Source: Perkinsela sp. CCAP 1560/9
Lineage: Eukaryota; Protista; Euglenozoa: Kinetoplastea
Assembly: GCA_965644495.1 (NCBI GenBank)
Contig: CBFFSA010000063.1
Location: 1 to 41,569 of the forward strand
Reading direction: 5' to 3'
Length of the DNA stretch: 41,569 nt
Shown here: positions 1-12,252 of the stretch, piece after piece
Layout: each line of letters begins with the position of its first letter
How positions within the stretch are numbered: the first letter of the stretch is position 1
Program-made: the position numbers and the translations under genes
The notes under the pieces: model-generated
Told to the model about the DNA's origin: nothing
The model's input: only the letters and a program-made list of their open reading frames with translations
The model's database searches: none

Positions 1-1692
1 ATACTAAACTTTCAGATCTCATCCGGCTTCGAGGGTTCTCAGAGGTATTTTTAATTTTTTTAAAGTTTTTTTTTATTTTCTTTTCTTGAATTACTCATAA
101 AAAAGAGAAATTTAGGAGCAAAATGTATGGATTATTGAAATTGGAGCAGAAGCAGCAGAGACCGTAATAGACTCTGCGACTGAGTTGGTACTGGAACGTT
201 CAGATTACGATGACTTTTATTACATTCGGAATTTTGTGGCTCGTCTCCCAAAACCTCGCGAACAACCTTCTCCACAGCAGTCTCAACAAAAAGATCTTGA
301 CGTCTGGGAGACCCTTCTCAAAGAGGATTTTGCCCAACAGTCTACTTTTATTGGGACCTTTAAGGTGCTCATAATTTTTTATTTTTCGGTTTTTAAGAGT
401 TTTTTTTTGTTTGTTACTTAAAAAAAAAATCAGGGGAGGAATGTAATTATTTCGATCAAGTCAGAGCCAGAAAGAGAATCCCAATCTCAGTCTCAACCGC
501 AGTACAGAGGAATTCTTCGGACTTACAAACAAGATCTTCGTTTTTGGTTACCGGCTCGCCAAAGGTCTGTCTCTTTTAAAATGGTGGATTGCGGTGGCAA
601 TCAACGATAACTTTGAATTTTTTTTCATTTTTTGAATGATAGTAGAAGAGGCGGAAAACACATCATTTCAATTGAAGATGTCAAAAAGAGATGCCCAGAG
701 ATAAAAAACTTAAAGGAAACACGAAGCACAAAGGTTCTTCGTTCTCTTGTTGGTCTTGAATGCTATGTTTCGATTCAGGCTCACACTATTCCCATTGTTC
801 TTGTCTCCGAAACTCCTTCCAAACGAAGTTTTTTTTCCCCAGCTCTTTTCTCCTCCTTAAATTTATTATTATTTGGCTCACAGTTTTTTTTTTTTTTTGC
901 TTTAAAGGTACAATCTTTACGTCATTAAAAAGTCTCAATGAAAAAAGTCGTGCTCGATTTTTGCAATTTGTCCGGTCGCTTGGGAAAGAGGTGGACCTTG
1001 CTCGCTGGGAAGGCTATCATGGCAACTTGGATGTTAAGTTTCCATTTCGTCATGGACGAAAAGCCATTGCAGCTTCGTTACACCAACGCCACATTATGTT
1101 TCCGGTTCTCCCTTGGTTTTTGAGTCATACTGCTGCTGAAGACCTCCTTTGTCGTTGTACAACGGTTCTCATTTATCTTGAATCTGGTCATCTTGATGTT
1201 CCCATCACTGTCAAAGATAATTTTATCCATAATTATTTGGTGATTTCTCCTGACAAAGAAACTGAGGGATTTCGAGTGATGGATGTCTTTCGCTGCTCAA
1301 TAGGTCGATATCGACCAACAATTCCCAGAGATTATCTCTTTCTTCCTGGAGAACGGTTTACTCAATTTTTGTTGTACAAGATGATCAATGCAGACCGAGC
1401 TGCTTCTCATTGCCGTGAGCTTGATTGTTTGGATATACTGCGAAGAAAAAATCGACAAAAGTTAATTAATGCTGTTGTTGAGGGAGATCTTATGGATGCT
1501 GCTCCTCAACATCGTTTGAATGGGTCAAATCCACGAGAACTTCCGGCATCATCTCCAGCTTCTAGTAAAAAGACAAAACGAAAATATAGATCCAACGAAC
1601 TGAAAGAGAAGGGAGGGGAAAGAGAAAGAGAGAGAAAGAAGAGCGTAGGAGGATCGGGCGATTCTCCTCATGTCGGGTTTGCTGCGGAGTAG
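1..1692 (+). CDS. Multi-exon RapGAP-domain protein (5' end outside the window); catalytic Asn motif degenerate
   Basis: T-rich GT-AG introns at about 45-115, 365-433, 565-~645 and 828-907. The last exon has RapGAP-like blocks FLQFVRSLGKEVDLARWEGYHGNLD, IMFPV and FLLYKMINADRAA. Stop is TAG at 1690-1692. Confidence 0.75.
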
Positions 1693-1875
1693 TATTTTTC
1701 ATCCTTTCTTTTCCTCTCTTTCTTTTTTTTTTTGTTGTTGTACAGAGATAGTTTGTTGGTACCCATGCAACAATCACCAGTTTTATTTAAAATAAACAAA
1801 AAGTTTTTGAATTTTTCAAAAAAGAACTTGTTGTTCCTTAATGAATTTTGGGAGGAGAGGGATGAGAAGGAGTTT

Positions 1876-3450
1876 TTATCCACCTTTTTGCTTAAGCTGT
1901 TGGTCCAAGACGGGAGAGTTGGATTTAAGTATCAGTCTCAAAAATTGTTTTTCCTTTTTTCTTTCTTTTTTTTTTCAAGATGGTTTGGCAAAACAAAAGA
2001 AAAAAGAATCCATACAACCCGCCTCTTCTTTTTGCTCAGTCTCCTCCAATAAGGTTCTGGTTGTGAGTCTGGCTCCGTTAGTCAATCTTTCGTCCTCGTC
2101 AACTGGTTGAGGGAGAGGCTGTGCTAAGTTATGTTCAATCGTTTGCATGGCCAGTTTGTCTTCTTGTTCTGCGATGATGTGCTCAAATTGTTCTTTTTCT
2201 TCTTCACTATTTCAAGAGAGGGAGTGATGAGAGATTTTGGTCTCGAGATTTGGTTTTGAAAAAAAAGAGATCGAATTTAAATAAAAATAAAAATTAAAAA
2301 AAAAAGAGACCATTGAGCCAGTTTCTCTTCAAGGGTGGTGACTTCAGCTCGAGCAATTTCGAGATCACGAACAAGACTTTCGTGATTTCCTTCAGCTTCT
2401 TGTCGTTTTCTCTTTTCGTCAGAGACGAGGTTAGTTAACTCGTCAATTTGTCCTACGAGATCAGAGCGTTCTTCATTTTTCTGTTGTTCAACCCCTTCTG
2501 TTCTCGTTTTGAAGGAATCCAATAATTTTTCAGAAGCTTTTGCTTGAGTTTGGAGAGATTGAATGAGAAGTTCGGATTCTTTCTGTTTGTCTCGATTTTG
2601 CTTCTCAATTTTTTGAATTTCTTTCCCTAAATCCCGATTTTCTTGATCTTTTGTAGCGATTGTTGCTGTTGCTTCTTTAAATTTTTCGTTCAACTAAAAA
2701 AGAACACCAAAATCAGGAAGAGGAATTCAAATAATAAATCAAAAAAATGTTTCTGAAAAGAAAAGAATTTTTGACCAGATCAATTTGTTTTTGGAGGGTG
2801 ATGATGATCTCTTCTTTTTCTTCAAGTTCTCGAATCGTAGAACGAGCGTTGGAAAGTTCAGATCTGAGCTGTGATGTTGTGCGTTCAGTATCATGGAGTG
2901 TTCGTTCGAGACTTCTGTTCGACTCTCTGAGGGACTCATTTTCCTCTCTTTCTATTTCAAGTAATTTCTGTTGTTCTTCTGTTGCTCGCTGTTGGTCTTC
3001 TGTTTTTTTTTTTTTTCAAGGTGAGAGAAGACCAAAAAAAAAAATCAAAAATCAAAAAAAAGAGGGAACTGGAAAGTGTGGGGGTAGATTGAACACCAGA
3101 AACTTCTGAACTTCGATTCGAGACAGAGGTATCAAAACTATTTTCCTGTGCTGGCTGTTCGGCTGCCAGAAGAAACGCAGATACAAAATCTGCTCCACTA
3201 ATCTGCCCTTCCCTCATTCAAAAAAAGAGCGAAAAGAATCAACAAAGATGAAAAAAAAAAGAACAAAGCCATTGATATCAGGGGTCAAGGAATCAAGGGC
3301 AGTGGAAACAATAATTTGAACAGGATTTGATGTGGATGTTGCTGATGCGAGTTGCTCACGGATGAGTTGGAGATCAGCCATCCCATCGCCATTCACATCA
3401 AATTGGCCAAAGACTGCCATAGCCTTCTCCTCCAAAGTTGTATCTCCCAT
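1876..3450 (-). CDS. Multi-exon EF-hand plus long coiled-coil protein (exon boundaries approximate)
   Basis: Begins MGDTTLEEK with an EF-hand loop FDVNGDG. E/K/Q-rich heptad exons (e.g. 2277-2693) are separated by poly-T introns on the minus strand. Likely stop at ~1876. Confidence 0.6.
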
Positions 3451-3515
3451 GATGAGACTCAAAAAAGATGTAAGACCTCCAAACGAAAGTTATGAACCAA
3501 AAACGACGGGAAATC

Positions 3516-3555
<40 letters not shown>

Positions 3556-3685
3556 GCAGTGGGAAGAAGGAGAAAAACACACACACAAAAACACACAAAA
3601 AAAGGGACCTTTTTTCAATTGTTTTTTTACACGATTTTTTTTGTTTTGGTTTTTTGTTTGTTGTTGTTGTTTGGGAAGGGGGAAC
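3451..3685. promoter_or_regulatory. Short divergent intergenic region with a (GA)n microsatellite (~3523-3551); probable bidirectional promoter
   Basis: 235 bp lie between head-to-head start codons at 3450(-) and 3686(+). Confidence 0.4.
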
Positions 3686-5034
3686 ATGAGCGATGGCCCT
3701 TTTTCCACAAAGCCACGAATAGGGATCAATGGGTTCAATCGTCTCGGTTCATTTTCTTTATATCACCTCTCTCTTTTTAGATCACTTGGATTGGATCCTC
3801 TCAAAAATGGCTCGCCTTTTTCAACTTTTTAAAAGAAAGATGTAGGTCGTTTCGTCCTCAGAGCCGCTCTCCTCCGTCATTTTGAGGTTGTTGCCATCAA
3901 CGAGCCAGCAATGGAGTTATCTCATATGGCATTTCAGTTTTCACATGACTCATCTCATGGTCTACCCTCTCTTCAAGCAATTGAGGGTTCTGATCACCAT
4001 CTGCTCATCGCAGAGCACACCATTGCTGTCTTTCACCACAAGGATCCAGAAAACATTCCTTGGGGATTGACCGGTACTCATTACGTTATCGAGGCAACAG
4101 GAGTTTTCACATCCTTATCAGCTGCTTCCCGTCATTTGTCTGGCTCACAAGGAAAACGCTCCCAAGGTAACTCACTTTTGGAGAGAATAATTTTTCATTT
4201 GGGAGGAGAGAAACAAAAACTCATTTTTTGCAAAAACCTAGGTCCTGAGCGAGTGATTGTGGGGGCCCCATCAAGTGATGTCCCCCTCTATGTAATGGGT
4301 GCAAATCATGAGTTTTATCGGCAAGATGCTTTGGTACTTTCAGCAGGATCACCTTCCATTCACTGTTTAGCTCCTCTTGCCAAGCTCCTTGATGATGCTT
4401 TTGGGATTGAAGAAGGACTTGGAACAACTATTCATGCTGCCTCAGCCACGGGTACTCATTTTCAATCGCCTCATGCGGATTCAGGGAGCCAATCGTCTAT
4501 TGATTGCATTATCCCAAGACCTTCAAGAGGAGTGGAGAATTTGATGAGACAGGTTATCCCGTCTGTAGCTGGTCGGATTCGAACAATGACATTACGAGTG
4601 CCAACATCAGATGTGTCAATCTTAGATTTAACTCTTCGATTAAAGGGAAGTCCTTCTTATGCAATGGTGATGGATCGAATCAAAAATGCCTCTTCTCACT
4701 CTCTCCAGGTTTCTTATCATTCTTTTTTTTTTGTTTTTCCTTCTCATGTTTTTTTTAAAAGATGAAAATTAGGGAATTGTGGGGGTTAGTGAAGGAGAGA
4801 AAATGTCTTCAGACTTCAGAGGGTGCGAGTTATCTGGAATTGTGGATGTTTCAGCAGGTGTTCAATTGGATGGCGGCCTCATAAAGATAATTTGCTGGTA
4901 TGATGCTGAATGGGCCTATTGCCACCGTCTTCTCGATCTTCTATTATTTATTCACGGGTTATTTTTTTTATTTTAGATTTTTTTTTTTGTTAGTCATAAA
5001 TATCTTCAGAGAAAACCTCAAGTCTTCGCTTTAA
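3686..5034 (+). CDS. GAPDH-like protein, multi-exon, catalytic Cys replaced by Pro
   Basis: Motifs IGINGFNRL|GR, VAINEP, PENIPW, VIEATGVFT, CLAPLAK, RVPTSDVSILDL and WYDAE. Introns at 3747-3845, 4167-4241 and 4709-4772, and probably 4958-5009. Confidence 0.85.
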
Positions 5035-5101
5035 TGGCCATTCCAAAAAAAATAATTCAGGCTGTGTTTCAAAGTATAAAATTAGTTTTGTGTTCTTTTG
5101 A

Positions 5102-5730
5102 TTTTTTTTTTTGGAAAATTAAAATTATTGAAATTGATTTTTGAGTTGTTAGAGGAATTCTGAATAGAATTTTCAAGTTTGTTCAACTTGTTGAACAACA
5201 ACTGCTTGTCCTTCTCTTTTTTTGTGTTCATTAAAAGCAGAATAAAATTCAATAATTTGACTGTGTGAATTGGCTTTATATTTTAATGTGTTTCGCACAG
5301 GAGTTGATCCTGAAGGTAAATTATCACAGTGATATCCTGGACAAATGTGTGTGTATTGGTTGTCCTGTCTCGTGTTGACTTTTGCTTTTTGAACATAATT
5401 GAGACCTTGAAGAACACTTCAAGTGTTCTTCAAGGTCTCTTCTCACAAAATGCCCTCAAAAATGATGAACTTCCTCTTTCTTTCCTCTTTAATCTGTGCT
5501 TGTCATTCTCTCAATTGTTGGCCTGTGGGTTGAGCGGGCTGTTGAATTATTGAGGCAGGTTGAGCTTGGCACCAGCTGAAGTGGGTTCAATCTGAACTGG
5601 TAAAAACCAGTTTTTGACCATTTTCCAAGAAATCAGTTCAAAACAGTTTTGAATCAGTTTGGCTGGTTATTTCACATTCTTTGTAAGTAGAGGTCAAGCA
5701 GGTTGGCTTTCAGGGTCAGTTTTTTTTTAG
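5102..5730 (-). other. ~630-bp non-coding, palindrome-rich segment bounded on the minus strand by 5' CT(A)9 and a 3' A-tract; candidate short retroposed element
   Basis: It abruptly replaces the LINE-A RT sequence at 5730/5731. Perfect inverted repeat at 5401-5439 plus smaller hairpins. No TSD found. Confidence 0.4.
5401..5439. repeat. Perfect palindrome, 19-bp arms with a 1-nt spacer
   Basis: GAGACCTTGAAGAACACTT-C-AAGTGTTCTTCAAGGTCTC. Confidence 0.95.
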
Positions 5731-6880
5731 GTTGAGAGGACAAAGCATTTATTAAAGTTCAGTTTAGCTCCAGTCGCTTCTTCATATTTCTTGAAGGTTG
5801 GAGTGAGAGAATTGATGGTTTCAGCTTTCTGAATCACCATCCCCAAGTCATCCATAAAGCCTGATAGGTCTTGGGGGTTGTATTCCTTCTTCAAGCTCAC
5901 CAGGAGGATGTCAAACACAATTACAAACAAAAGGGGGGAGATCGGGCATCCTTGTCTGACACCAGTTCGACTTTGGATTGATTCATTGTTGCCTCCCCTC
6001 TTGGATCCACCAATATTCAGCAGCCAGGTTACAGATTCTTGAAGCACCTTCTCAACAACATAGATTGCTTGAGGGGGGGCATTCAAACCTTTGAGAATAT
6101 GAAGAAGTGCATCATGATTCACATAATCATATGCCTTGCAAAAGTCTGTTTGGAGGAGGGTCACATCTTTCCCTTCTGCCAGAGCTTTGTAAAAAGAGTC
6201 ATACACTGATTCCACTGCTTCGTCAATTGACCTCCCCTTAAACATCACATGCTGTTCTTTAGAAATTACTCCACTTGCAATCTCCATCAGCCATTTTGCC
6301 CAATATCTCATCACAATCCGATAATCTGAATTGGTAACACTGATTGGTTGAAATTGGTCAGGACAGGGGATATTCTCGACTTTGGGAATCAAACAGAGTT
6401 GGCTCTCACCAAAAGAGGGGGAACTCCATAATCTCACCCACTTGTTGAATTAGTTTCACCCACATGTCAAAATACTTTTCTTGTGTCACCTTATATAAAG
6501 AGAAAGGGATACCATTGGGTCCTGCGCTGGTGTTATTGGTTCTCTGAAGAAGTTTATCAACTTTCTTCCTGTCAACATCATGTCTCTCAACTGGGGGAAA
6601 GCGAGGATGATGGTCAGCAATCAGTTTGTTGAGAGAATCCTTGTTATATGGTCTTTCTGTACTGAGAAGGCTCTCCCAAAAGTCCTTAATTGCTTTTTTA
6701 ACCACATTATCATCACGAGAGATCACTCCATCTACAATTACACCTTTAACACGGGGAGAAGATTTACGACCAGGGCACGAGGGGTGTTCATCCACAAAAA
6801 TTCCGAGTTGTTGTTCAAGAACTGCAGTTCAATCCATCCCAGCTTTGATCATTCTAGGAATAGCTTTGATTCTCCATTTC
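5731..6880 (-). mobile_element. Non-LTR family A, outer copy A1, RT fragment (continues at 31173)
   Basis: RT motifs TDFCKAYD, GVRQGCPISPLLF and FMDD. A frameshift near 6420. Near-identical to 8950-10100. Confidence 0.9.
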
Positions 6881-7048
6881 TTTTTTTTTTTTTAAGGTTC
6901 AGACACCAGGTGCCATTTATTAGAGTTAAAAAACCATCTCTAGGATGGAAAAGAGGGGGGAAGAAAGGGGGGGGGGAGGGAAGATAAATTAAGAGTTAGA
7001 TCCAAAGATCTCTTCAGCATGGGATGCATTGGAGTTTCTTTACCAACT

Positions 7049-10000
7049 TTAGTTCTCACTAAGGGGTCTGCGTTTGATTGTCCGCCTTCTAAAACCAGGG
7101 AGTGAATTCGGTTTGGAGGTTTCTATGAAGTTAATTACATTCCTTCGAAAATCTTCCTCAATAAAGCTCCTCACCAGATTGCTCTCTTGGGACTGATGGA
7201 ACCATCCTTGGATATCTTTAGTAATTATTACAGGGAGGATTAGAGCATTCTCAAGAGCAGTTTGGGCTGGAAACAAAACATGGGGGGTTGTCACTGTGTT
7301 TCCTTGGAATTTCCTTACAAAATTCCCTAGGGGGATGGGGAAAGTCCAGTCACGGGTGAGGGGGGAATTGATCCAGTTCCACAGGGTTGAATTCAAAATA
7401 ATCCACTCTTCACTGGTTTCTGCAACATGTTGTGATCTTGGATCCCAATGATGGTCATTCACAGCACATGTTCCATCCTCTTTAGACCAACTTGCAGCAG
7501 TTGCAATTGCATCAGCTTGCTTGTTAAGTTCTCGGGGTACATGGATGAATTCTATCTCGTCAAAGCACATTGCTAACTTACGGATTTCACAAAGTAGTTC
7601 ATTCAAGGCATAGTTTTTGATGGCATGGGTTTTGGGTGCAGCCTTGGTGAGAATCATACAATCCCCAACAACTTCAATCTCATTTGTCATTGATCTGGCG
7701 CATTGCATTCCTTTCAAACAGCCTGTAAATTCACCAATATTGTTGGACCCAAGAGGGATGGTTTCAAACCCACCACATATCTCTTTCCCTTCCCTGAAAA
7801 CTGCAAAGCCCACACCCCCCAGATGAGGGTCTGTACAGCCTGAACCGTCATAAAACACTTGAAAGCCTTTAAATTTAAAACTTTCCTTCTCTTTGGTTCC
7901 TTTCTTTGTTTGGGTTCTTGGGGGCCGAGGGAGGATTTTGTTCTTTCTCAAGATTTTTTCGAAAATTTCAGTAGCATACTGGGGTGATTTCGATCCTTCT
8001 GCACACACTGTGAGCCACAAACTCAACAGGGCAACACTCACCACAGAGGTTTCTTGTCTGGTGAGAAAATTTGAGACAAGGCCACACACATTCTTAGTTT
8101 CTTGCCAGCTGGGAACATTCAACAAAATACATTTCCTTCCCATTGCTTGGAGGAGGCCCTCAGCCACAGAACATTCCTCCAGAAGATGAGATCGTGACTC
8201 CTTTTCACGGTGGCAGAGTCAGCAACTTGAGTTTTGGTTTGTGAAGTGAGCCAACTTGTCTCTTGTAGGCAGCCCTCTTATTAAGAACTTAATCAAATTC
8301 CTCTTAAGTTGGGGCCTAATTGCATGTGCCAAGTTGTACACCACACACTCAGCTCTTCCTTCACCCACATACAGATCCTTGATTTCAATGGGGATCACTT
8401 GAGACATATTGGAATAAGCAACTCGAGTGGCCTGACCAAACACAACTTTGGCAGAGAGGCTTTGGGCTGCAAAAAGGGCATCCTTTCGCATGGCTCCAAT
8501 GGAAAGAGGGCTCTGATAATCGCTCCTCATCGGTGGATGAGAAGTGAGGAGGGCCCAATTAAAAACGATTGGATGGTGCAGTTGGGGGTTTGAGTCCAAG
8601 GGAGGATAGCATGAGGTAAGAATGGAGGTTTTTGTGTTGGCATAGGCACCCAGAGCTGAGCGGATGGATTTCCACATCAAGGAGGTGACAGATTTTGGAA
8701 TCAGTTTGAATCTCGCTAAATATCCCATGCATGGAGTTAGATAGGTATTGACCATCCTTACTCTCGAGCGAAAATTGCCACCCCTTTTTTTGATTGCTGT
8801 TCCAACTTTCTTCATCTTTAGGATCACTTTCTCCCAATCCTTAAGAGGAGATAACCATTTACTCAACCTCACTCCCAGATATACAGTTTCATCACCACAG
8901 TAATTGGATCTTGCCATCTCAGCCCAGGGGCCTACAGGTTTGAAAGACTCAGTTGAGAGGACAAAGCACTTATTAAAATTCAATTTAGCTCCAGTTGCTT
9001 CTTCATATTTCTTGAAGGTTGGAGTGAGAGAATTGATGGTTTCAGCTTTCTGGATCACCATCCCCAAGTCATCCATAAAGCCTGATAGGTCTTGGGGGTT
9101 GTATTCCTTCTTCAAGCTCACCAGGAGGATGTCAAACACAATTACAAACAGAAGGGGGGAGATCGGGCATCCTTGTCTGACACCAGTTCAACTTTGGATT
9201 GATTCATTGTTGCCTCCCCTCTTGGATCCACCAATATTCGGCAGCCAGGTTACAGATTCTCGAAGCACCTTCTCAACAACATAGATTGCTTGAGGGGGGG
9301 TGTTCAAACCTTTGAGAATATGAAGAAGTGCATCACGATTCACATAATCATATGCCTTGCAAAAGTCTGTTTGGAGGAGGGTCATGTCTTTCCCTTCTGC
9401 CAGAGCTTCGTAAAAAGAGTCATACACTGTTTCCACTGCTTCGTCAATTGACCTCCCCTTAAACATCACATGCTGTTCTTTAGAAATTACTCCACTTGCA
9501 ATCTCCATCAGCCATTTTGCCCAATATCTCATCACAATCCAATAATCTGAATTGGTAACACTGATTGGTCGAAATTGGTCAGGGCAGGGGATATTCTTGA
9601 CTTTGGGAATCAAACAGAGTTGGCTCTCACCAAAAGAGAGGGGGAACTCCATCATCTCACCCACTTGTTGAATTAATTCCACCCACATGTCAAAATACTT
9701 TTCTTGTGTCACCTTATATAAAGAGAAAGGGATACCATCGGGTCCTGCACTGGTGTTATTGGTTCTCTGAAGAAGTTTATCAACTTTCTTCCTGTCAACA
9801 TCATGTCTCTCAACTGGGAAAGCGAGGATGATGGTCAGCAATCAGTTCATCAAGAGAATCCTTGTTATATGGTCTTTCTGTACTGAGAAGGCTCTCCCAA
9901 AAGTCCTTAATTGCTTTTTTTACCACATTATCATCATGAGAGATCACTCCATCTACAATTACACCTTTAACACAGGGAGAGGATTTACGACCAGGGCGCA

Positions 10001-11318
10001 AGGGGTGTTCATCCACAAAAATTCCGAGTTGTTGTTCAAGAACTGCAGTTCAATCCATCCCAGCTTTGATCATTCTAGGAATAGCTTTGATTCTCCATTT
10101 CTTGTCATCTCAAGAGCCATTCCATCCTATCACAGCTGTATGAAGAAGTTCGAGTTCCAACAAAGAGAAAGAGTGTATGGCTGAAGTTTTCCTTAAAATC
10201 CTGGTTTTTGCAAGGCATTTGATGATTGTCTGGAGTTTCCATAGTTCTTTGAAAAGGTGAGCTTCTTTCCCTTTGTCTTTCCACAGAGGGACTAATTCCC
10301 ATGCCTTCTCCTTGAGTTTAATAAGACAACTGACAGGATCACCTTCCACATAGTCCCCAACTTCATTAATGAGGGCATTAATAAATTTAGGATCTTTAAT
10401 GAGGTATTCAGGGATTCTCTTCTTGTTAGATTTCAACTCCCATTCTTTGATACTAGTTCCACCTACGATCATCACATGGTCCTTAAAGCCTGAAGGGATC
10501 GCATTAACAAAAATCCTTTTGCTAGGAGCATTCAAGGGAATAAAGACATGATCGATACATCGTCCTTGGAAATGGGTTGGTTCAGACCACCCCAGTCTTG
10601 ATAAATTCCAAGATTCAGAGGATTCTGCGAGCTCTTTAAAAGGGGGTTTGTTAAGATCCCAGTTGAAGTCACCTCCCAGAACATTCAGTCCATCTTTGGA
10701 GAAGAACTTACCAATTTGGTCTTGCATAAAGGGAAGTTTCAGATCGCAATGATGGTAGACATTCATCACAGCATATTCAATATTGAAAATCTTGGTTCTC
10801 AGTCCAAACAAACCACTCTCAGAGCTTTCAATTGGGTATGGTTCTATATCATGAAGGCCTTTCATTCTTCTGACTCCAATGGCAAGGCCCCACTTCTGTT
10901 CCAAGAAGGGGTCTTTGAACCACAAATATTTCCTCAAACAATTCTTGAGATGATCAAGATCTTTTTCAGATGTGGCATGGGTTTCTTGAAGCAAAATAAA
11001 CAGAGGACAGCAACTTGTAGCCATTCTACAGCAAAGGTTGAGTTTTTCATCATTGTGAACACCATTGATGTTCCATGATAAAATCCTCATGTCTGGGAAT
11101 TTGTTATACTGATACAGGTTTGAAAGCAGTGGTGCAGGGAAGGGAGGAAGGAAAGAAGATGAAGGGGGTTGGGACACCAAGGCAGGTGCTTGAGGGGTTG
11201 GGGAGGCAAGGTTTGTTTTTTGATGAAGATCAATAATGGAAGAGTCAGAGGAAGCACAAGGGTCCTTCAATGGTGGAAAGAAAGATTTTAAATTGTTGTT
11301 GTTTTTCTTTCCTTTCAT
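7049..11318 (-). pseudogene. Family A ORF2 (copy A2): APE endonuclease, RT, CCHC zinc motif, RNase H; disrupted
   Basis: Motifs SWNING, LQETH, GGDFN, CIDHVF, KDH; FMDD; C*LC...HLLEEC; YDGSG...NNIGEF...GDC...HVPRELNKQADAIA. In-frame TGA at 10110, 9188 and 8219, and a 2-nt deletion at ~9815. Confidence 0.92.
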
Positions 11319-11326
11319 TCTTTCCT

Positions 11327-11687
11327 TTATGAGGGGGGGGAAGAAGAGGAGGATGAAACATTGCTTGACTCAGGGAATCGAGCACTATCCATCATCAACA
11401 CTGTCTCACCCCATTCTATTTGATGCAAATCTCCAAGAACCACAAAACTGTTTGAGGCAGGGATCTCCAAAAAAGGATAAATCGCTTTTTCCTTCCTGGG
11501 GACACCAGTGGGGACACTCTTATCACAGTCATTTTTCTTTGTTTTTTCCTCTTCATCTTTCTCTTCTTCTATCTCCTCTTTCCCTTTCTCCTCTTCCCTA
11601 CTTTTCTTTTTCTTCTTCTTCGCTGGCTTCTTGGTTACAGGTAATGGTTTGGTCACAGTAGGAGTTGGTTCCTTCTCCTCAACTGTC
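11327..11687 (-). pseudogene. Family A ORF1 C-terminal fragment (copy A2), cut by an insertion at 11688
   Basis: Matches 29016-29375 and 32988-33347. An 8-nt spacer separates the ORF1 TAA from the ORF2 ATG. Confidence 0.85.
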
Positions 11688-12052
11688 TTTTTTTTTTTTT
11701 TGAGGCAAACTTTATTCAATTAGTAGTTTTTAATCTAAGCCATTTGAATTACATTAAATTATGTTTGTTTTTAACCTCTAATGAGAGGTGAAGTTTTAAA
11801 CTTCAGCTTAGTTCAGTTGGTCTTTATGCTGAACTTTAGAACTTCTGCAAGTTCAGGCTGGAGGATGCACATCAGAAGGGAGAATAATCCAAAGCTCCTT
11901 CCAAGGGAATTTATCCTCAACTTTTTAGCAGACAGGGCTGAGATGTAACCTGTTCTGATTTTCACACTTCTTCAAGAGCTCCTCACTCCAATCAAATCAC
12001 TCTACAGCACCAGAAAAATTTTCTATAATATCGAAAAACTGGGATTTGAACT
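11688..12052 (-). mobile_element. 3' end of a third polyadenylated retroelement ('C') inserted in A ORF1
   Basis: T14 run at 11688-11701 and AATAAA at 11711-11716(-). Sequence is unrelated to the A or B 3' ends. An ORF tail (FKSQFFDIIENFSGAVE*FDWSEELLKK...) runs in from the gap. Confidence 0.6.
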
Positions 12053-12252
12053 NNNNNNNNNNNNNNNNNNNNNNNNNNNNNNNNNNNNNNNNNNNNNNNN
12101 NNNNNNNNNNNNNNNNNNNNNNNNNNNNNNNNNNNNNNNNNNNNNNNNNNNNNNNNNNNNNNNNNNNNNNNNNNNNNNNNNNNNNNNNNNNNNNNNNNNN
12201 NNNNNNNNNNNNNNNNNNNNNNNNNNNNNNNNNNNNNNNNNNNNNNNNNNNN
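12053..12252. other. Assembly gap (200 N)
   Basis: N run. Confidence 1.

Noticed and set aside
5560-5600. Hammerhead ribozyme around CTGAAGT (also ~27255)
   Set aside because: Does not match CUGANGA, and no GAAA core with three stems could be built.
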